From Mesotaenium endlicherianum (Eukaryota), in assembly GCA_009602735.1 (NCBI GenBank), contig WELA01003305.1, positions 666,233-730,232 of the forward strand: a stretch of 64,000 nucleotides of DNA, written 5' to 3'. Shown piece after piece: positions 48,801-64,000 of this stretch. A model generated the notes under the pieces. The model saw nothing but the letters and a program-made list of their open reading frames with translations. It searched no databases and was not told the DNA's origin. The translations under genes and the position numbers were made by a program. Each line of letters begins with the position of its first letter. Within the stretch, counting starts at the first letter, position 1.

Positions 48801-49053
48801 CTCAGAGGCTCTGGTGACTAGGTGGCAGAGCCCCGTGTGGCCACTTGTCCCCCTTGTGTTCCACGCATACCGGGTGGTGCAGCTGTCGCGAGCCCTGGAG
48901 CTGGCTGCCAGTATGAACGCGCCCCTGTGGTTTTCTGAAGGCGTCAAGGCGTTGATTGCGTGGGTGGTGCTCGTTGTTGGCATGCAGCTCACTTGGGTCG
49001 CTTCTCAACTGGCATCCCCCAAAATGCATACCCTGGTTGAGGTGGTTGACTAG
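45867..49053 (+). CDS. Plant-specific multi-pass membrane protein (At1g48460-like) with long low-complexity N-terminus
   Basis: Small exon 45867-45885 (MEALQLG; alternative ATG 45849) is phase-matched to an exon starting at 46639 that runs across the N-gap to the stop at 49053. Conserved blocks WVLGPLVLLLTGVAPRLWL, LLGLDGVFNVGA, SYRVWS, LGPY..VQGVSE..WQSPVWPLVPLVFHAYRVVQL. The start and the family name are less certain than the coding status. Confidence 0.7.
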
Positions 49054-50083
49054 AGCTTCTGAGCATGATTGAGTGTGCTTGGTTAGTCGGGCTCTGTTGA
49101 TCAGAAAATTCGCATTTGCGTACACGAATGCAAGGTAGCCTGAGTTGAACAAAGAGCTAGCATTTGATGCACACACATGCAAGCTAGCATGTGTTGATCA
49201 GAGAGTATGCATTTGAGCACATCAATGCAAGCTGGCTTGTGCCAATGTACATACACCTTCTTCCTGCTTACTGGCTCAAGGAGCTTCTCTATTTTCCGTC
49301 CAGCGGATATGAGTGGCAGGCTGTGTATAGTTTAGGCGCCTTGTGTCTAGGCCGACCTTCTTAGTGAGGGTTGAGGACGGTAATGTACATAGCGCGTTAT
49401 GGGTTATTGGAATCTGACGATAGAGTACATACCACGAGGAGTAATTTAGACACGAAATTGTAAGTATGCAAGGTTAATAGGTCGAGAATTTTTGTGGAGT
49501 ATTACGGGTCCTGATGCACTATATTGGGTGAATGTTGCAAATCTGAAGTCTGTGTACATAGTCAAGTCTGCATTTAAAGTTCAAGTCATCAAGTTAAAGG
49601 CTCAAATGCGTAGCATATGTGTTTGGAGCTGGTTGGTTTAAGGACGGTACCTGTGTGTCGATTTGAACGCCCTCATGAGCCTGCATTTCACAAGTTCGCC
49701 ATTGTCACTTGACACGAGGAGCTTGACAACTTAGGTGGGGTTCAGCTTTGAAACGGTAGAGCAATCACCCACCAGGTCGCCAAGCGTACGGGGTGTTCAT
49801 GAAGATCCTAGTTGATCCTAGTTAAGCTTCTTGGAATCGGTGAGCTTATTATCGTGTATCACTTTTTATGCATGGTTCGTACTCGGCTACCTACTGGAAC
49901 ACAACTGTTCAACAAATGTGTGTGGGGAGTCGGGACTCGGGAGGTGGAGTCTGGCTGCTGGCAGAGTTGAGTACATAGAGGGTCATGTCAGTCGAGGTCA
50001 AGTATTGGTATGCATGGCTTCTTCTTACCGGAACACGGCTTTCCAAGGGCGGGCACAAAATGGCACCTAGATATTAGGAGCAA

Positions 50084-50139
50084 CCTAGGCGTGCCTAGGA
50101 GCATGCCTAGGAGCATGCCTAGGAGCATGCCTAGGAGCA
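50084..50139. repeat. 12-bp tandem repeat (CCTAGGAGCATG)n
   Basis: About 4.5 copies directly visible. Confidence 0.9.
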
Positions 50140-51727
50140 CCTTGGAGATAGAAGCCGGGTGCGCGTAGGTCGTGTTTCGACCAATTTAAATATCTCACTA
50201 AAGTTCCCTGCGGGTTAATTGACAGAAAAATATTATATTTGAGACGATACATACATCCCGATTCTACAAATAATATGACAGACAACCACTACCATCCACT
50301 ACAACGAGGACGTTATGTTGGATACCAGCTGGCTGGAAAAAGCATCTCGATCATCGGCGGGCAGGTATATTTCACCTGACGCAGGGTACCTAAACAGGGT
50401 TCTTCGTCATGCTCCATGATTTTCATCTCGCTATCAGGAACATGGTTGTATCGCCATAGATTGTCAAGTGCCGAGCAGTATTACCTACACAAGCTTTCTG
50501 AGAGACCTTAGGGCTGCTCGACGACGTTGTTGCAAGAGAACTGTCGTTACTCTTCGCTGAAAGAGTCACTTGTTCCTCTCTTACGCTGGTGTCACTTGCG
50601 CTCCTGAAATTTTTGCATTGTCATTACCTCCTTGACTACGTTAAGAGGGGGCATGGAGCGTCCTAGTTTGGATTATTTCTGGCTGCACATGGTTACAGAT
50701 CATATCCAGTGTCTGCTTGCTGAAGGACCTTGGTTTGAGGTCAGTCTTGTGCCAGATACTTTCATGTGCAATCTTCGTATTGTTTCTGTGATGGTCAATG
50801 TACCAGTCTATTATTCTCCTTGTCGTCGCGTGTAAAAAATGCCGTATGTATCTGTAGGAAAGAATGTTGTCGCAGAGACAGGATCTTGGGCATGCTACCG
50901 TTCTATTATACTCAGAACTGTTGCGATTGTTGTCGAGTTTCAGGTGTCCTCGTTGTGTTACCCTAAGAACTCAAGGAGAAATTATGACATAAACTGCAAC
51001 TTGCGGGGAGGGTTGCAGGTGATTTTCAGGACAGTTCCAGTCCTGGCAGAAGAGAACCCGAGGAGTCTGATGAAGGTACCCCTGGCACTTTGCATAGTGC
51101 TCTTAGATTGTTATGTGGTCAAAATATGCATCCTGTCATTTCTTATCGCATGATGAGGTAGGTAGTCCACAACTGGTGCTTTCTAACTTTGAAATTTCCC
51201 TTTATAAGCATCATGCAAAGTAAAAGGTCCATGTTATCGTAACTGACAGTGGCTTTTGCTTCTCTGCTGTTGCTTGCAGATGATGTCTATCTAACTGCTG
51301 AAGAAGATGGTGTTGGCACTCGTAGACAACATTCTGTCATCCCATTTCTAAGTTGTACAAGATGTGGAGTATCTGTGCGTGGAGTCCATTGGACTCCAGG
51401 GCAGTAACTAGGGATTCTTGCTCTAGCTGGAGCATGGGTCTGAAGGTGCACAAGGCCATTGTTACTGTACTTCCTAGTGAATGTTACTAAAAGGGCGAAG
51501 ACAGAGGTGGTCCATCACACTTCTTACGTCTTACCAACTTACCAGCATACTTCCTTGCGCAAAACCACCGATAGCAACTTTTGACACGCCTTTCTGGGCT
51601 GTATCCTCTAGCAAGTGTTGATCAGAGGGGTAGAAGCGCACAGTGCAGCACTTCAGTGAAGGTGCAACTCTGGAGCTGTTGACGGCCTTCAGACCCTTTG
51701 TTGGAGGAAACTTCTTTGCATAGAGCA

Positions 51728-57710
<5,983 letters not shown>

Positions 57711-60700
57711 GATTTTGAAGAGTGTGATGTCTACATTGGGCATGCTTTTTTGTTCTCCAGTCACAGGGACTACTGTGAGCTTATTTTTTAGTAGGTGCTA
57801 CAGCCAGTATCTGCTTGCTCCTTCATTTTAGGGCTGGTTTGGACACTTCTTCCCCTTGCTGACTACTGTATTGAACTTTTCAAGACTTGCACATTTCCAA
57901 ATTTTGTGTCCATACTTTTCAGGAACAGGAATAATGATATGAACAGGAAGTTACAATTGAGAAGCAAGTGAGCTGTTTATCCTACATTCTCACCCCTATA
58001 GACTTATATGTGCCAGTGTTGGTGACTTGGCTATGTGAGTTTGCATAGATATGGCTGGTTGCTGTTTGTGGTCATCTGCTCTTACTTGGAGGACATATTC
58101 CGCTTTTGCATCATCAAAAGCTTGCCATTGAGATGGTGTGTCCGATTGCTGAGCTGTGCATAGTGTGTCATGTAGATTTGTCTCAAACAAGTTGGGCTCC
58201 TGAACGTGCCCGGTGGGCTGCACAAGGAACAAGTGCAACTCTAAGATGTATAGTTATTTGGAGGTTCGGAGCCCCAAACAAACCTGCAACCTATGGGATG
58301 CTTGCAAAGTTGAGGGCTGAGTGTTGCATAGGATAACAGTTCACTTAATGAGGTAATAATTGTTCGTACAAAGACCCTCAAAAACCATGAGGAAGAGGGT
58401 CCAATGAGGATCCACTGCCCGGTAGCTAGGTGCAAGGAAGTGTATCCTGTTGCCACATAGTTTTGTTCACATAGAAGAAGGGTGAAGGCATGGTTGAAGA
58501 TGGGGCTGTTGGTGTGAAAAACTGTAGCATATTAGCCGCCGTGGCCACTAGAAGTGCAAGAATTTAAAAGACTAATCTAAGGGAGGAATATGTGGCTCAA
58601 TCTCCATACTCGTAGTGTCACCAAATGACGAGTAACTTTTAGGTCTCTTGCGCCAGTGCATATGTGATGACTTCGACGCATGGAGTATTCAAGTAACTTC
58701 TGTAGCAACGTCAAATGCTTCGCCGTCAATCATATGTTTGCATGTGTGAAAATGGTCACGATTGGCCTTAGCTACGCAATAATGCATAAGCCAAGCAAGC
58801 GGAGCGGCAAATAGATTGACCACCCAACATTGGCTAGAAATTAGGGCATCAAATTGAATACCAAGGAAATGTCCAAATCAACCAATTCAACCTCCATTCT
58901 TGGAGAAATTGAAGAAGATGCTATTGCAAGCCATAAGTCGCAACTTTCTAAGCTTGTCTTTGTGTTGACAAGGTGCAAGATTGCTTTCCTTTGCAGATTG
59001 TTGGACAGATGTATATGTATTATTTTGGTTATTCAAATTTGGTTAAGCTAGTATTTGAGTGAGCTTTTCGACATTGGGCCATGTGTTACATATGTTCTAA
59101 TAGCAATATTGGCTTATGTCTTATTGGGGGAATGACAAATGTACTTCCAAACTTTGCTTTAATTACACAAAGTATGTGCACGAGTGAAGGTCGCTACAAA
59201 TCTACGTACCGCACATGTAATCTAGTCATGATTTGGATTTAAAATGATATATGGCGTGCCAAGTCAATTCACATGAAAGGTTACTTGACGCGTCTGACTC
59301 TCCCTTTTTTGCAAATTTTTGGACAATTTCTCAAGGCGAAGCAGCTTTGCGATGTGATGTACCAAATAAAATTCTCACGAATCTTTTTCACTTTTTTGCC
59401 CATTTTATTTCCACACTGAAATTTCATATACTCGTCTCCGGATTTGTTGCTATTTTCTCGCACAAACGCACTAGTCTTCAACTTAAACCCCTTATTGCAC
59501 ATCCATTTGCAATCGACACCCTAGTTCTCAATCAAAAGTTTGGGAGGGGCCTCGATGCACTGAAAGCTACTTTAGCCATTGGAAGCTCTTATGTTGTCAT
59601 GGTCAGAAGCAGAAGATGTTGGATAATGGATTATGAGGGTAGGTTTCTCATACAGTTTGACCCAACAACTATGGGGTATTTTGAATGATAAATTGGTGAT
59701 ATGCAGTGAAGCCCCAAGGTAGATAGGTTGAATAGATACGTAATGTTTCAAACTCATTTGCTAAATTTTTGTTGCCAAGCATACTTCAATCTTTAACAAA
59801 TTGAGTGAATGATTGAAGTTGCTTATTCAGATTTGATATATAGACACATAACATAATCTGAACATCTCGCTTACTCTATTTTTGCAAGCTAAAAGCACTT
59901 TCTAAAAAATTCCAGAAATTTTATGATTTTTGCTGGGATTACAATGTATAATATAAAGATCAGCGTTCGTTAGAAATTGACAAGGTTAGCTTGTATGTCT
60001 AGATGATGTGGGATAATTCATTGCGTAGTGTAAACAATTGACTTACAATATATAGGCCTAATTTTGGCATACATATTTGGAATATACGTATAACAAATAC
60101 GTGTTGCAAAATATGTGTAGAAAATGAATATACGTGAGTATTATGTTTTTCCAAGATTATTGGAAAAATTGCAGGGCTCATAACTATCAATATCTTAGAA
60201 ACTTTGAGCGCGATCGGTCGCAAATGGTAAAGGACTTAATCTGCTATGACATGAAAGTGGTGAAAGTGAAAAATTCATTGTAACATTTTCAAACCGCCAA
60301 AGATTCATTTTTACCTCTTCGGGACACACATTTTGAGTCTTTTAAAAATACGTCGAAATACGTAATGTTGTTATACGTCGCTCACGGACCAATACGCAAG
60401 TATCCCATAACTTGCTCCTCAACAAGACATGCTTGTTTTTCTTATTATAATGCCATGCAGTGTTACCCTAATCATCTATGATTTACCCCTTGCAATTACA
60501 TGTATTGTAAGCTTGTGTACTACTAAGTCTATCCATGTTCTGTACCACTCACATTTATGTGTTATTAATTAGTGCATACCTTAGTATAAGCCCTACCTGT
60601 CCTCGGAATTACATTCAGAATGCTATTGATAATTTACTAAGAAAACACTTCAATATTAGCCCATTTTAGAAATGGTACACCCAAGATGTTTATTTATTGC

Positions 60701-61444
60701 GTACCGATTAAGTCCACCTGACGCTCATTTCGTGTACCATTAGGTGTTTGTTTATAAACGACGCTTTTACGCGTACCATTTCAGGCGTTTTTGGCAAAGT
60801 CGTACAAATAAGCGCACGTCTCGTTTTGCTAAGCAAGGCGTTTCTTGCGTACCACTAATTTTGTTGGGGGGAGGTACTTATGCAAGATTCTGGGACCTTG
60901 AAACGACGTCGGCAGTGCACGTCGAAGGAAGGATCCCGCGGGTGCAAATCATGACTACGTAGAACGCAGTACAACTCTATAGCGGGGACGGCATGCGCGC
61001 CGACTTAATTTGAAAAAGCCAGAAACTACAGTCGTTGGGCCAGTTTGGCTGGGCTTCACGGGCTGCATTTGGCAGTTTCGATTATCTCAATCTGAAGGTG
61101 CGTATATCTTCTTGTTGTTTCGCGACAGGGAGACACAGAAAAGGGGGGGCACCAGGGGGGTTATAGCTCGATTGCAAATCAGTAGCCAAAATATTCATCT
61201 AAGAAAATACCTGGTCAAATTCTACCAGTACGCACCGGTACGCGTTCCTGGCAGTTGCAGCCTCTCACGGGTTTGCATTTTGCGAACAGCCTTCTTCGTT
61301 ACTTCAAACCTTCAAAGCTGGTGTCAGAGTTTTTCCCTGTCATCCTCGTTATTGGCTTCTTGATGTGTGCTCTGTGACTTTTGATAGTCTTGCTCATCGC
61401 TATCTGGTATAGCGTAGGGACTTTCTAGTCTTCCTGTTGCAGAT

Positions 61445-63962
61445 ATGAGTCGGTTCGATCAAAATCCCTTCGATGAAGGTGGTGGAGACAATCCGTTTTC
61501 GGTATGGTACCTATCGGATCTTGCATGCTGCTGCGGGGTTATCGTTATTGCTAGTGGGAACTTTTTTATAGAAATGGATATAATCTACATATTGATTACC
61601 CCAGTCCTAACGAACAACTCATCATTCAGTCCTGGTGTTGTGACTGTTTCTGAATGTTCATGTAGCAGAAGTAGCTTGTTTCTTTTCCTAATTCATTAGT
61701 TGGCGAATAAGACGTCATGGATTTTCTAGATGCATCTACCTTTAACATCAAACCATTACTCGTTTCTTCCTCAGGATACTCCTGCTGGAAGAAGGGCCCC
61801 ACCAGCTGCTGCTCCCGCATACGGCAGTCAGTTTGCTTCTGGGTCATTCTATGATGCGGTAGGTTATGTTTAGCATCAAAGCACTTGGCATCAGGGAAAA
61901 ACCTTGGTGGCCTTGTTGTTGGACAAAACGTCTGACTATCTAATTCACTATTATCTATTATGATTTAGTTGAATTCTTACGCAAATGTTGGCACTTGCAC
62001 AGGTTCAGCCACCTGCTAAGTCGAAGCCGATGCCTCTCGGGCATGAGAGTATGAGCTCGTCCGGCATTGAAGCAACCGAAGATATTCCTCTCGGAAATGC
62101 AAGGGTGAGGACAGGGGTGGACTTCTCCAGTCTTTTCTAGTCGTTGTTCAGTTCGCTATTTTTTAATGCTGAATGTGCTGCAGCAGGATGATGTGGTTAT
62201 CATTGTAAGCTTGTCCTTTTGCAGGATTTGACTAAGAAGGAAAAGGAACTGAAGGCCAAGGAGGCTGCTTTGAAGAAGAAGGAAGAGGTAAAGCATGAAC
62301 TCTTGCCTCAGAGAACTTTCCCCATGATGCCTGCCCTGGTCTGTGGAGGTGGAAGAGAGGTGAGGTGATAAATATTGAGGTTGCCCTATGGTGCTTTTTG
62401 GTATGTGTTTCGCTGCAGGAGCTGAGGAAGCGAGAAGCGGGTACAAACAACTGAAGCCCTAGACCTGTCCTGAAGCCCTTATTGTACCTGCTTTCTAGAG
62501 CTATGCTGAACCCCTAATCACACCTGCTTTTCATTACTACATTGTGGAGTACCTCAAATTTCATGTCTTTGTTGTCCTCTCCTACTCGAGCGCTGAGGGG
62601 AGGTTGGACTTTTTAATTAAGATGTATGTAAGGAACCAGATGAGATTGCAAGGATTGAATAGTCTATCAGAAACGGGGCTGACAAGTGGACCATCTTTTA
62701 TCTTGTGCAGCTGTTGGAATGGACCACAAGAATTGGCCTCCTTTCTTCCCAATTTTGCATCATGACATTGCCAATGATATACCTCCACACTTGCAAGCAA
62801 TCCAGCGTGCTGCTTATTATAGCTGGCTGGGTACGGTACCTACTCCGTGCATTCTGTCACTACTTTTGAGCTGGTGTTGAAAATGTAGCTATGACACTGC
62901 TGCCTGTCTAGCTTAGGGCGTCTTCTTTCATACTTGCGTGCTAAGCCAATCTCATAACTTTGTTGGTTTGTCTACTTTCAGGTATCATCTGGTGCCTCTT
63001 CTACAACATTGTTGGAGTTACTGCAGCATGGGTTGGAAATGCTGTGAGTGGAACTAAAGGTGAGGAGTAAATATTTGCGCATGCAGTCCATGTTGACTGT
63101 CTGCATACTGGTGCAAGCAGTAGACGGTTTAACCTTCTTCCATGCTCTATGCGGAGATCTGTATTGCCTTATTGGAGGGTGTTCGATGCCGTATGTTAAG
63201 AGGGCGCTTCGTTGGATGTAGTCCGCTTTTTGTCTTTGTTGTTTATGGATGACTTGAATCTTTGACTTTGGAATGCGCGTATGATGCCTCAGGTTTCGGG
63301 AACTTCTTCCTGGCACTCGCATACGCAATCCTTGGTTGGCCTTTATCGTACTGGCTGTGGTACAGGCGCCTTTACAATGCAATGAGGTGGGTAAAAACCC
63401 ATGCCTTAGTTAGCTTCTCTTCCATTTTGCATACAAACTGGTCTTGCAATGTACTTGTAAGTGTTTACATGTGACTTGACAAATGACGACGGTTACACAG
63501 TCTGCTTCTGCTGTGCTTTAGATAGGTGCTTCTGGTGTCCCTCCGTCAGAAATTACATTGTCGCTGGTGCTTCTTGTACCAGCTAATTATGTTCTTGCTC
63601 ACAGGTTTTTATTCCTTGTTCTTTTTGCGCAGGAAGGATAGCGCTTTTACATTCGCCTTCTTCTTCATTTTCTACCTGGTATGCATCCGCACTAAGATTA
63701 CATGTTCTTGATGATCAACGCCTTTGACAAGCCAACTTGGGCAGCTAGACTTAGCAGCTCTTTGCACTATATTCTCGATTATCGCGAGTTTACAGAGCAG
63801 GGAGTTTTGACAATGTACTACTCAAATTGAGTACGTGGAGAAATTATGGACGTGTCAAGGGCGCCTGCGGTGGTTCTTTTTGCTGTGGTCGCAGATTCAC
63901 ATTGCCTACTGCATCTTTGCCTCCGTGGCCCCACCCTTCCTCTTCAAGGGCAAGTCGTTGAC
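61445..63962 (+). CDS. SCAMP: Secretory carrier-associated membrane protein, 5' exons (continues beyond window)
   Basis: Exons 61445-61501, 61775-61858, 62003-62104, 62225-62287, 62419-62440, 62711-62830, 62982-63059, 63293-63386, 63633-63678, 63895-63962. Two NPF motifs, coiled coil [38 protein letters not shown]-peptide [31 protein letters not shown]. Confidence 0.95.
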
Positions 63963-64000
63963 GTAAGTTGGTCTTGGTTTCTACCTAGTGTCCTACAAAG

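Noticed and set aside
50084..50139. Short repeat arrays as CRISPR-like (also 18423-18475)
   Set aside because: No unique spacers; simple tandem repeats in a eukaryotic context.

Overview
Intron-rich eukaryotic genomic DNA with three N-gaps. Plant-type genes, microsatellite-laden GT-AG introns and a DIRS element suggest a streptophyte green alga or similar (inference). I rebuilt eight host genes by hand from splice sites: the 3' part of an HGSNAT-like gene, a Sec14-nodulin (SFH) lipid-transfer gene, a Yos1/IER3IP1 gene missed by the ORF track, a DUF218 gene, Lunapark, an At1g48460-like membrane protein, a MAK/MHK-type kinase and the 5' part of SCAMP. A nested transposon island (~6.5-16.2 kb, minus strand) lies between the first two genes. 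It holds a decayed RAG1/Transib-like DDE transposase, split by a 720-bp solo LTR and cut off by a young Ty3/gypsy element. That element has an LTR, PBS, gag and a -1 frameshift signal, and its pol is fused in frame to a DIRS-type RT-RNaseH, followed by a methyltransferase-like domain and a tyrosine-recombinase stub, giving one ORF with two reverse transcriptases. All homology calls rest on motifs recognised from memory; no database search was run.
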